From Gemmatimonadales bacterium (lineage in GTDB: Bacteria > Gemmatimonadota > Gemmatimonadetes > Gemmatimonadales > GWC2-71-9): a stretch of 64,000 bases of DNA. Below are positions 31,277 to 40,615 of the stretch, piece after piece. The DNA lies in the NCBI GenBank assembly GCA_965249575.1, contig OZ252244.1, positions 1,184,001-1,248,000 of the forward strand, given 5' to 3'. A program made the translations under genes and the position numbers. The stretch's first letter is position 1. The number at the start of each line of letters is the position of its first letter. A model generated the notes under the pieces. The model saw only the letters and a list, made by a program, of their open reading frames with translations. It did not search any database and was not told the origin of the DNA.

Positions 31277-32575
31277 GTGGGATCCACGAGCCGCCGGACC
31301 GACCCCGGCGCGCCTTGGATCCCGGCGAAACGGGACTGCCCTCCAGCAGGCACCACGTCGTCTCGCGACAGACCGGAAAGGCCACGGCACAATCGACTCT
31401 CACATGACTCGCGGTCGAGAGCAGTTCGCCCGTTGAGCGGCGACCATCCGCTCGGAATACTAGAGCTCACGGGAAAAGGGGCGGGCTTCATCCGTCGACG
31501 AGAAGCCAACTACCTCCCGTCGAATGGCGATGTTCATATCGGACAGCGCCTCGTGCGTCGCTACGGGCTCAGAACCGGTGACGAGATCTCCGGATCAGTA
31601 GGCAAGCCGCCTGGCCCCAAGAAGGGACCTCCGCTCACACGACTCACGGCAGTCAACGGGCAGACTCTCGATGCGATCGAGGGACGGCCGGAGTACTCCT
31701 CCCTCGGCGCCATCCACCCCAAAGAGCAGTTGGTGCTCGATTGCGATCTACGGCGTCTCGGCGACCGAGACTACACGAACTGGACCGTCGACCTCCTCTG
31801 CCCCATCGGCAAGGGACAGCGCGCCATGATCGTCGCGCCGGCAAAGGCAGGCAAGACCATGGTGCTGCAGGCAATTGCCCAGGGGATCACCACGAACTAC
31901 CAGGATGCGACCCTATTCATCTTGCTCGTGGACGAGCGACCTGAAGAGGTGACGGAGATGGAGTCCTGTGGCTTTGGGGAAGTCGTGGCGTCGAGCTTCG
32001 ACTTCCCAGCACAGCGACACATCGCGGTGGCTGAGCTCACGATCGAGCGCGCTCGGCGGCGGGTGGAGCTTGGGGAAGAAGTGGTCTTGATTCTCGACTC
32101 GATCACCCGCCTTGCGCGAGCTTACAACACCGTCGAGCGGGGCAGTGGCCGTACACTCAGCGGAGGGCTCGATGCCACTTCCATGGAGAAGCCAAAGCGG
32201 TTCCTCGGAAGCGCGCGAAAAATCGCTCCTGCCCAGGGCGGGGGAGCGCTCACCATCATCGGAACCGCCCTGGTCGACACCGGCTCCCGAATGGACCAGG
32301 TGATCTACGAGGAATTCAAGGGCACAGGGAACAGCGAGCTGGTCCTCAACCGCGAGATCGCCGACCGTCGCCTCTTTCCGGCCATCGACCTCAACGCGAG
32401 CGCGACACGCCGAGAGGAGCTCTTGCTGTCGCCAGACGCGCTCCACGCGTCGGGCCTCATTCGCCGGAGGCTGGCAAACCTGTCACCACCCGAAGCCATG
32501 AGCGAGCTCCTCACCATGATGAAGCAGCATAAGAGCCTATCGGAGTTCATCTCGGAGGTGAATGATAGGGAGTAG
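31277..32575 (+). CDS. rho: Transcription termination factor Rho (short, divergent)
   Basis: PIGKGQR..IVAPAKAGKT, DERPEEVT, DSITRLARAYN, EEFKGTGN. Start uncertain. Confidence 0.92.
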   Translation: MGSTSRRTDPGAPWIPAKRDCPPAGTTSSRDRPERPRHNRLSHDSRSRAVRPLSGDHPLGILELTGKGAGFIRRREANYLPSNGDVHIGQRLVRRYGLRTGDEISGSVGKPPGPKKGPPLTRLTAVNGQTLDAIEGRPEYSSLGAIHPKEQLVLDCDLRRLGDRDYTNWTVDLLCPIGKGQRAMIVAPAKAGKTMVLQAIAQGITTNYQDATLFILLVDERPEEVTEMESCGFGEVVASSFDFPAQRHIAVAELTIERARRRVELGEEVVLILDSITRLARAYNTVERGSGRTLSGGLDATSMEKPKRFLGSARKIAPAQGGGALTIIGTALVDTGSRMDQVIYEEFKGTGNSELVLNREIADRRLFPAIDLNASATRREELLLSPDALHASGLIRRRLANLSPPEAMSELLTMMKQHKSLSEFISEVNDRE

Positions 32576-32664
32576 GATGTAGGGCGTAGTTGTAGTCAGC
32601 GGGGATGGGGGGGGAGGACTTCCTAATCCCCAGTCCCTCACCTCTAGTCCCTAACCCCCACTAC
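32572..32664. repeat. Intergenic degenerate heptamer repeats
   Basis: TCCTAAT CCCCAGT CCCTCAC CTCTAGT CCCTAAC CCCCACT, preceded by a loosely complementary G-rich arm. Confidence 0.7.
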
Positions 32665-32665
32665 C

Positions 32666-33964
32666 GTGTCGATACGCCAGCCGGACGACCCAAAAGCCAT
32701 TGCCGCCTGGGCTCTCTACGACTGGGCCAACTCCCCGTTCACCACTCTAGTCGTGACATTCATCTATGCGACTTACTTCACGAGGGCCATGGCCCCGGAC
32801 GAGATCCTCGGCACTGCCTGGTGGTCGCGTGGCGTGTCGTTGAGCGCCTTTGTGGTTGCCCTGGTGTCCCCAGTGCTCGGTACGCTCGCCGACCGCGGAG
32901 GGCTGCGCCGCCCGATGATGCTGGCCGCGACGTTCGCGTGCATCGCGGCAACGGCATCGCTGACCTACGTCGCTCCGAACACTCCCAACGCCGTACTGCT
33001 CTCGCTGACCCTCTTCATCCTAGCCAACATCGGTTTCGAGTTTGGGATGGTCTTCTACAATTCTCTGCTCCCTACGGTTGCTTCTCCAGCCAAGATCGGC
33101 AGGGTGTCGGGCTACGGATGGGGACTTGGATACGTCGGGGGACTCGTCTGCCTCATCATTGCGCTCGCAGGATTCGTTCAGCCTGAGATCCCCTGGTTCG
33201 GCGTCAGCAAGGAGAACGGATTCAACATTCGCGCAACCAATCTGCTGGTTGCCGTCTGGTTCGCCGTCTTCAGCATCCCAATGTTTCTGCTAATGCGCGG
33301 GGAGCGTCGTGAAACCACACGCGTGGATGTGCTCGGCGCCTTCGGAGATCTGTGGCGGGTGCTCCAGCAGATTCGCCGATACAGGGAGGCGGCCAAGTTC
33401 CTGCTCGCGCGGCTCATTTACAATGACGGGCTAATCACGATATTCGCGTTCGGCGGAATCTACGCGGGCGGCACCTTCGGCTTGGATTTCGCGCAGATAC
33501 TCATGTTTGGAATCGTCATTAACATCGCCGCGGGAATTGGGGCATTCGCGTTTGGATTCGTCGACGACCGGATCGGCGGCAAGAGCACGGTCCTTGTCAG
33601 CATCACTGCCCTCACGATCGCGACCGGCATCGCGGTCTGGGCTCCGAGCACAGCGTGGCTCTGGACCGCCGGCATCATGATCGGCACCTTCGCGGGCCCA
33701 GTTCAGTCGGCCAGCCGCTCGCTCATGGGTAGGTTCGTACCCCCTGATCGCCAAACGGAGTTCTTTGGTTTCTACGCGCTCTCAGGAAAGTTCACCGCAT
33801 TCTTGGGCCCGCTGATCCTCGGTGCTGTCACTCTGACTTTCAACAGCCAGCGCGCAGGCGTCGGAACGCTGCTGGTGTTCTTCGTCGTCGGCGGCCTCTT
33901 GCTCACTCGGGTGGACGAGAAGGCGGGGGCTGAGGCGAGTGAGCGACCGGCGATTAGTGACTAG
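32666..33964 (+). CDS. MFS transporter (UMF1/ATG22-like)
   Basis: AWALYDWANSPF, FYNSLLP, SRSLMGR..P...EFFGFY. Confidence 0.92.
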   Translation: MSIRQPDDPKAIAAWALYDWANSPFTTLVVTFIYATYFTRAMAPDEILGTAWWSRGVSLSAFVVALVSPVLGTLADRGGLRRPMMLAATFACIAATASLTYVAPNTPNAVLLSLTLFILANIGFEFGMVFYNSLLPTVASPAKIGRVSGYGWGLGYVGGLVCLIIALAGFVQPEIPWFGVSKENGFNIRATNLLVAVWFAVFSIPMFLLMRGERRETTRVDVLGAFGDLWRVLQQIRRYREAAKFLLARLIYNDGLITIFAFGGIYAGGTFGLDFAQILMFGIVINIAAGIGAFAFGFVDDRIGGKSTVLVSITALTIATGIAVWAPSTAWLWTAGIMIGTFAGPVQSASRSLMGRFVPPDRQTEFFGFYALSGKFTAFLGPLILGAVTLTFNSQRAGVGTLLVFFVVGGLLLTRVDEKAGAEASERPAISD

Positions 33965-34829
33965 CGATCGGCGACTAGAGACATCCGGAGGACTGGGTAT
34001 TGGATCGGCGGGGGGCGGAGAGGGAGTGGGTGAAGCCGGTGGCCCAGGAGATCACCGGCCGGTCGCACTGATTACCGGTGCCTCTAGCGGCATCGGGGAA
34101 TCACTGGCGCACCAGTTCGCGCGGGGTGGTTATGATCTTGTACTGGTTGCACGCCGGGGGGCGCGGCTGCACGACCTGAGCACGGCGCTTGCACGTTCGA
34201 ACGGCGCGCGCGCGGCCGTGATCGTAGCTGACCTCGCCGATCCAGCGACCCCGTCGACGATCGTCTCCCGAACCCAGGACCTGGGAATCGAGCTCGACGC
34301 GTTGGTCAACAATGCCGGCTATGGCGTGCAGGGAGCATTCGCGGCCACGCCGGAGCGCGCGGAGTTGGACATGGTTCGCGTGAATGTCACTGCCCTTGTC
34401 CACCTGACAAAGCTCTTCTTGCCAGCAATGATTCGAAGGAGACGAGGCAAGATATTGAACGTTGCGTCCGCTGCCGCCTACTTCCCCGGGCCCTTCATGG
34501 CCGGGTACGACGCAAGCAAGGCCTTCGTGCTCGCGTTCTCGCAGTCGCTTTCCGAGGAAGTCCGGGGGACCGGGGTTTCGGTTACCGCGCTCTGCCCCGG
34601 GTCCACCGCTACAGAGTTCAGCCATATCGCGCGGAACCGGGAGAGCGGCCTCAGGCGCCTCCCTATGAGCGCCGAATCGGTAGCGCGAGCCGGGTACAAC
34701 GGGCTCATGGCTGGGAAGTCCGTCGTCATACCCGGTATCGGTTACCGCCTGGCGATATTCGGCAATCGGTTCCTCCCTTCACGTCTGATCGCAGCGGGCG
34801 TAGGCTGGTTGAATCGCGCGAAGGTGTAA
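33939..34829 (+). CDS. SDR oxidoreductase (DltE-like)
   Basis: TGASSGIG, NNAG, YDASK, LCPG. Confidence 0.93.
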   Translation: MSDRRLVTSDRRLETSGGLGIGSAGGGEGVGEAGGPGDHRPVALITGASSGIGESLAHQFARGGYDLVLVARRGARLHDLSTALARSNGARAAVIVADLADPATPSTIVSRTQDLGIELDALVNNAGYGVQGAFAATPERAELDMVRVNVTALVHLTKLFLPAMIRRRRGKILNVASAAAYFPGPFMAGYDASKAFVLAFSQSLSEEVRGTGVSVTALCPGSTATEFSHIARNRESGLRRLPMSAESVARAGYNGLMAGKSVVIPGIGYRLAIFGNRFLPSRLIAAGVGWLNRAKV

Positions 34830-34858
34830 GAGGGGAGGCCCCGCCCTACACCACCCCA

Positions 34859-34951
34859 CCGAGTGAGGAGTCATAAGCAGGCCCCCAGCCCACGACCGAC
34901 GGCGGAGGAAGGGTGGCGGGGTGGCCTCCTTACTGCTCACTCCTCACTCGG
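34859..34951. repeat. Inverted repeat between convergent genes
   Basis: CCGAGTGAGGAGT (34859-34871) / ACTCCTCACTCGG (34939-34951). Confidence 0.7.
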
Positions 34952-34979
34952 CGGAGCAAGGTGAAGTGGGGCTCGCGTC

Positions 34980-36345
34980 TTAGCTCACCGGCCTCGGCGC
35001 TCCCTCCGGTCCGCTGTCCCAATCCTGAGCGCTGGAGATGTTCGGCATGCCCCACTGATGGCCGTTCCAGCCGTCAAACCCGTCCATCTTGAAAGCCCAC
35101 AGGCCCGATCCGAGGCCGCTGATCATGATCAGACCATCCGCGTTCCGTATGTCCACGCCCCACACGCCCTTGAACATGCCCTCCCTGCTGGCGTCCGGTA
35201 CGTCGGGCATTTCGTATGTATCGTAGTAGCCTACGGTGTAGGGGTTGGTGGGATCCATCATGTTGAACACCTGGAGCCCATCCCGATATCCAGAGACGAA
35301 TACATACGGCCACCGGACCTCGTGATTATGCACCAGCCTGGACCAATGGGTAGTCCACGCCCCGATCGGCCGGCTGATCGTCTTGACCTCGCCGTCCAGC
35401 CCCGGCTTTAGATCGAAAATCCGAAGCGGCGCATAGCGATATTCCATTTCCGCGACGGCGTAGCGCCCGTCGGGCGTCGGCGTGAACGTATGAGCGACGT
35501 CACTGCCACCAAAGCCCGTTACACTCGTCAACAACTTCGGGCTCTCTACCTCGGTCACATCGAACACGTACAATCCGTTCAGCCCGGCCGTAGAACTTGT
35601 CCTAGTGCGTCGCCGGATCGTACCCCACGTAGTAATCGTGGTACCCCGCCCACCGGTATTCCACCGTGGTTGGGCGGGGAACCTCCGCCACCCGGCCCTG
35701 TTCCCCATCAACGACTTTCTCCAGATCGTACACATATGCGCTGGTCGCCGAGAGGAGTGCCCCGAACAACAGCGGGCGGCCACTCGAGTGTTTATACGCA
35801 AAGATGTTGTGAAAACCACCCGGCACCTCGGGAGCCCGGATCCGCGCCACCTCCCGGACCGTGGAGGAATCAGGAAGCTCCGTCACATCGAAAACGATCG
35901 CTCCGAGATCGTAGTCAGGGCTCCCCGCCTGAAACTGAAACGACTGGATGTAATAGTACCGACCGCGATGCTTGAAATACTTGCCGTCCGGTGCATTCCC
36001 CGTGTGAAGCTCCGGGTCCTCGATCAACCAGGAGTATACGACCCTTGGATTCTCAAGATCGTTCAGGCTCACGATGCTCAGGCCGGCAGGCGCCCGGGGT
36101 CCGCGTCTCTCAGAGGGCGCGGGATTACCTCGACCGACGTACACGTAGGGGCGTGAAAGCTCCTGCTCGATCTCGACGTCCGTGCCTCCTCCCAGCAGGT
36201 GGGAGATAATGCGGATGTTCTCACTCCCCTGCTCTCCCGGGAGTGGATGGAGTTCCTGGCCTCGCAGGTCGTTCGCCGTCACGAGCCATCCCATCACGGC
36301 GGCCAATGCTATCACGAGCCACCGCCGACCTCCTTCTAGTTCCAT
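34980..36345 (-). pseudogene. LVIVD-like beta-propeller paralog 1, interrupted by a TAG (35602) and a frameshift (~35585)
   Basis: DPATH*DKFYG where the paralogs have DPATRQDKFYG; the C-terminal half lies in another frame. Confidence 0.85.
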
Positions 36346-36392
36346 CCAGTCACCTCTTTCCACCGACAGGCGCCGTTACTCCCGCATTCGTG

Positions 36393-37751
36393 TTAACTCA
36401 CCGGTGTGGGCGCCCCGTCGGGACCATTGTCCCAGTCTTGGACGCTTGAGATGTTCGGCATGCCCCACTGGTGCCCATTCCAACCGTCGAATCCATCCAT
36501 CTTGAACGCCCAGAAACCGGTGTAGATATCGCTGATCACGATCAAACCATCGGCGTTGCGCACGTCGATGCCAAACGCACCATTAAAGACGTTCTGGCCG
36601 CTCTCCGGATTCTGGGCCCCGCCCCATCCTCGGTTGTGAGGACCGTCGTACGTATCGTAGTATCCCACGGTGTACGGGTTCGTCGGATCCATCATATTGA
36701 ACACGTGGAGGCCATCCTCGTATCCGGACACAAACACGTAGGGCCACCTCACTTCGTGATTGTGCACGAGGTTTCTCCAGTCGGCCGTCCAAGCGCCAAT
36801 GGGACGCGAGATTGCCCGCGCCTCCCCATCCAACCCCGGCTTGAGATCGAAAATGCGCAGCGGCGCGTACTGATACTCGGTCTCGGCAACCGCGTACCGT
36901 CCATCGGGCGTGGGCGTGAAGGTGTGGCCTCGGCTCACGCCGGCGACGCCGGTAATGGAGATCAGGAGTTTCGGCTCCTCCGGCCGGGTCACGTCGAAAA
37001 TGTGGTATCCCCCGGATCCTGGACCGTAGAATTTATCCTGGCGCGTCGCCGGGACGTACCCGACGTAGAAATCGTGGTACCCGCGACTGATTCCCATCGA
37101 GGCTTGGCCCTCGGGTGTCGGCACTCGGCCGATCAGGCCTTGCTGAGCATCGGTGTTCAGGTTGCGGTCCATGTCGTAAATGTTCACAAAGGGGGAAAAT
37201 GTCGTGGCGAACAACAGCGCTCGACCGCCCGAGTGTTTGTATGCGAACACGTTGTGAAATCCACCCGGTGCGTCGGGAGCTCGGATCCAACTCATGATCT
37301 CGATCCCGGACGTGTCGGGGAGTCCCGTGACGTCGGCGACGACCGCCCCGAGATCGGCGTTGGGCCCGCTGGGCCCGAATTGAAACGCCTGAACGGCGTA
37401 GTACCGGCCTCGGGTCTTGAAGTATTTCGAGTCGGTGGCTCCGCGATCGCCGTGCAGCTCCGAGTTCTCTATCCGCCAGGAGTAGATGACCTTCGCGTTC
37501 GCCGGCTGTTTGAGATCGATTATGTCGAATCCCGTGCCGAGCATTGGTGTCATGCGAGAGACATAGGCGTAGGGCCGCGACAGCTCTTGCTCGATCTCCA
37601 TGTCGGCGACGGTGAAGGCTCTTCCGAGCGGGACATGCGAGACGATGTGGACATTCCGGCTCCCCCGGTCTCCCGGGGGGTATTGACCCGGCAACGCACC
37701 GGTCACCCCGACAAGAAGCGCGGCACTAATCACCGTAAGAACGAGGCCCAT
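36393..37751 (-). CDS. Secreted LVIVD-like beta-propeller protein, paralog 2
   Basis: Signal peptide plus QYPPG; family motifs EQELSRPYAY, GFHN, YHD, GHTF, HNHEVRWPY. Confidence 0.88.
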   Translation of the reverse strand: MGLVLTVISAALLVGVTGALPGQYPPGDRGSRNVHIVSHVPLGRAFTVADMEIEQELSRPYAYVSRMTPMLGTGFDIIDLKQPANAKVIYSWRIENSELHGDRGATDSKYFKTRGRYYAVQAFQFGPSGPNADLGAVVADVTGLPDTSGIEIMSWIRAPDAPGGFHNVFAYKHSGGRALLFATTFSPFVNIYDMDRNLNTDAQQGLIGRVPTPEGQASMGISRGYHDFYVGYVPATRQDKFYGPGSGGYHIFDVTRPEEPKLLISITGVAGVSRGHTFTPTPDGRYAVAETEYQYAPLRIFDLKPGLDGEARAISRPIGAWTADWRNLVHNHEVRWPYVFVSGYEDGLHVFNMMDPTNPYTVGYYDTYDGPHNRGWGGAQNPESGQNVFNGAFGIDVRNADGLIVISDIYTGFWAFKMDGFDGWNGHQWGMPNISSVQDWDNGPDGAPTPVS

Positions 37752-37798
37752 GTTGTTGCTCCCCTTTGAAAACGGTACCACAAGCTCCCGGAGGCGTT

Positions 37799-38431
37799 TT
37801 AGGGAGGTGGCCCCCCGTGGTCGTGTCGCGAGTGTTGCCGGTCCGCGTCGTATCCGCGCAACCGATCGTAGTGTCTTACCTGATGGTCAGACAAGATTCC
37901 CGCCATCTCGAGGTGGGCCCGGAGGTGCACGTATCGCAGCTCCGACCGGAGCGAGCCGATCTGAGTCAAGAGCTCCCGAAGGCCTCGATCGGTCATGGTC
38001 CTGCTCGCGAACGAACCATCCAACTCCCACTCGACGGCGACGATGCGCTTGCCGAGTCGGATAGCCCGAGCCTGCATGCCCTCGAAGACCCGCCGACTCT
38101 CGGCCCGTTGGGCCTCGGAGAGGCCAAGGCTGTCGGCCAAGTCCAGCGCATGCCTCGGGCCGGGATAGGAGTTCAGTTCAGCCGCCAATGCGAAACCCAT
38201 GCCGTCGCCGGCCTGGTAGCGGGCTACCTCGTCGGGTGACAAGGCCTTGATCTCCCGTCCCTGATGGCCAGCGTACGGCGACTCTTGCGCCCTCGCCCGA
38301 GTCGGCGCCATCAATCCGGCGGCCGCCAACGCGACGCCAAATCCGGCCGTACGCGGCGACGGGCTCCGGCCACGTCGACCCTGACCTAGCGTCCGACCCT
38401 CCACGTCGTGGACGACTCGATATTCTCCCAC
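37799..38431 (-). CDS. Spy/CpxP-like periplasmic protein with a His-rich tail
   Basis: QESPYAG..REIKALS...GMGFALAAELNSYPGPRHAL; LRYVHLRAH. The true start is probably downstream of 38431. Confidence 0.8.
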   Translation of the reverse strand: MGEYRVVHDVEGRTLGQGRRGRSPSPRTAGFGVALAAAGLMAPTRARAQESPYAGHQGREIKALSPDEVARYQAGDGMGFALAAELNSYPGPRHALDLADSLGLSEAQRAESRRVFEGMQARAIRLGKRIVAVEWELDGSFASRTMTDRGLRELLTQIGSLRSELRYVHLRAHLEMAGILSDHQVRHYDRLRGYDADRQHSRHDHGGPPP

Positions 38432-39000
38432 GCCAGCCTCAAGACCCCTCGGGCTGGCTCACCGGGTTCGACGTCGCGCTCCGGTATGAGCCACACGGTG
38501 AAGCTCTCGAGCGGTTCAGGGAGTGTTCTCGATTCGAGATCGATTCGGGCGACGTCGAGCTGCGGATCGTAGTCCTCGCCCCATTGGTAAGTCTGTCGAT
38601 TGAGGATCAGTTTCCAGCCATCCTCGCTCGGCAGCGTAAACAGGCTATACAGTCCCCGCGGCACGAACGCGCCACCGAGTGTCAGGTCGACATCGGTCTC
38701 GAAGTGGCTCGCTTCATTCGCACCCGTGCGCCACACCTGATCATAAGGGACCAAGCCACCGATGATCTTGCGGTTCCGCCGGTGCGGTTGCCCGTAGTCG
38801 ATGGCGATACGGGCTGGACCGGCAATCGCCGGCGCCGTAGTTGACCACTGGCCAGAAATCATCCGCCCGTTCAACGTGACTTCAACCGTGGCCCGTGTGC
38901 TCAGCGCTGAACGGGGGACGTCTTCTTCTTGTGCGACCAGCTGGCCGCCAAGGACCATCGATGCGCCCATTGTGGCGCCCCATAGGCCTGATCGAATCAT
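38386..39000 (-). CDS. DUF2911 domain protein
   Basis: IDYGQP..R.R.I.GGLVPY..VWRTGANEA, G.YSLFTLP, QWG..Y. GGAGG RBS before ATG 39000. Confidence 0.9.
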   Translation of the reverse strand: MIRSGLWGATMGASMVLGGQLVAQEEDVPRSALSTRATVEVTLNGRMISGQWSTTAPAIAGPARIAIDYGQPHRRNRKIIGGLVPYDQVWRTGANEASHFETDVDLTLGGAFVPRGLYSLFTLPSEDGWKLILNRQTYQWGEDYDPQLDVARIDLESRTLPEPLESFTVWLIPERDVEPGEPARGVLRLAWENIESSTTWRVGR

Positions 39001-39047
39001 CGCGGATCCTCCAATGAGAGCTTTGCCAGGAAATCTGAGTACTGTAA

Positions 39048-40421
39048 TCACCGCGGGCGGCCCATCATGCTCACCCTCGCGGTGGTCGCTGCGCCGTCGG
39101 GACCATTGTCCCAGTCCTGTACGCTCGAGATGTTCGGCGTGCCCCACTGATGGCCGTTCCAGCCGTCGAAGCCATCCATCTTGAAAGCCCAGAACCCCGT
39201 ATGAAAATCGCTCACGACGATGAGCCCGTCGGCGTTCCGGACGTCGACGCCGAACGCGCCGCTGGTCACACCCGTACCATCCTCCGCAGTGTCGTCTCCA
39301 CCGAAGCCTCGGTTGTGCGGGCCGTCGTAGGTGTCGTAGTACCCCACGGTATAGGGATTGGTCGGATCCATCATGTTGAAAATGTGCAGTCCATCCTCGT
39401 AACCGGAAACGAATACGTACGGCCAGCGCACCTCGTGGTTGTGGGCCAAGCCCTGCCAGCGTGGCGTCCACGCGCCGATCGGACGTGAAACGGTCGTTAC
39501 CTCACCGTCGAGCCCTGGTTTGAGATCGAACATGCGAAGGGGGGCGTACTGATACTCGTCCTCCGTGACCGCGTAGCGCCCGTCGGGAGTTGGGGTGAAC
39601 GTGTGCGACCAGAACACGCCGGCGTAGCCCGTGATGGACGTGACCAGAGCCGGGTCCTCCGGCCGAGTCACATCGTAGATGTAGTATCCGCTGATTCCGG
39701 CGCCGTAGAACTTGTCCTGACGCGTCGCTGGGTCGTATCCCACATACATGTCGTGGTAGCCCAGCGAAACCTTGGGGCTGGGGTTGGGAACCCTGCCGAT
39801 CAAGGCGCCGGGCACGTCGCCTGACACGAACGTTGCCATGTCGTAAACATTCGCGTACGGCCCAAACACGGTCGTGAATAGGAGCACCCGGCTGTCGGAG
39901 TGTTTGTAAGCGAAAATGTTGTGGAACCCATTGGGTGTGTCCGGGGTGCGGATCCGACCGATCTCCCGGATTCCCGACGTGTCGGGCAGGCTCGTTACGT
40001 CGAAGACGATGGCGCCCACGTCAGCATCCGGTCCGCTTCGACCGAATTGGAACGACTGCACGTCGTAGTATCTGCAGTTCAGCTTGAAGTACTTGTTGTC
40101 CATCCCGCCGTGGCCAGAATGCAAGTCCGCATTCTCGATCCGCCACGTGTAGATCGGCTTGGCGCGAGTTGGATCCTTGAGGTCCATGATGGTGACGCCA
40201 CCGATCTTTGGCATCGCCTGCATTCGCGAGACATACGCATACGGCCGCGACAACTCCTGTTCGATTTCGATGTCCGTGACGGTAAACATGCGCCCCAGCG
40301 GCACGTGCGAAACGATGCGCACGTTTCGACTCCCCTGCTGCCCGGGCGGATACTGCGCACGCGCGTTTGGCGCGAATAAGGCAGCGAGCAGCGCGACGAT
40401 CCAGGACGACCTGCGATACAT
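39048..40421 (-). CDS. Secreted LVIVD-like beta-propeller protein, paralog 3
   Basis: ARA-QYPPGQQGS signal cleavage; same motif set as paralog 2. Confidence 0.88.
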   Translation of the reverse strand: MYRRSSWIVALLAALFAPNARAQYPPGQQGSRNVRIVSHVPLGRMFTVTDIEIEQELSRPYAYVSRMQAMPKIGGVTIMDLKDPTRAKPIYTWRIENADLHSGHGGMDNKYFKLNCRYYDVQSFQFGRSGPDADVGAIVFDVTSLPDTSGIREIGRIRTPDTPNGFHNIFAYKHSDSRVLLFTTVFGPYANVYDMATFVSGDVPGALIGRVPNPSPKVSLGYHDMYVGYDPATRQDKFYGAGISGYYIYDVTRPEDPALVTSITGYAGVFWSHTFTPTPDGRYAVTEDEYQYAPLRMFDLKPGLDGEVTTVSRPIGAWTPRWQGLAHNHEVRWPYVFVSGYEDGLHIFNMMDPTNPYTVGYYDTYDGPHNRGFGGDDTAEDGTGVTSGAFGVDVRNADGLIVVSDFHTGFWAFKMDGFDGWNGHQWGTPNISSVQDWDNGPDGAATTARVSMMGRPR

Positions 40422-40615
40422 TCCGACCACCACGATTGTCGAGGGGGATGATATGCGGCTCCGACCAACTCGCGCGCCGACGGACGTGAGTCGAGCGCCG
40501 TCGATTGCCTACCATCGACAGTGTTGGCGATGGAGCGACGGCTCAGGGTATCTTAGCTGGTACGATATCCCGAGGTCCCAGAAAGCGCCACGGGACCGAT
40601 AAGGGGCTACAGTAT

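Noticed and set aside
17860..35604. TAG-to-Gln recoding, suggested by two in-frame TAGs where Gln is plausible
   Set aside because: Many intact genes here end in TAG (degP, cupin, desaturase, SDR, rho). The paralog-1 TAG also sits next to a frameshift.
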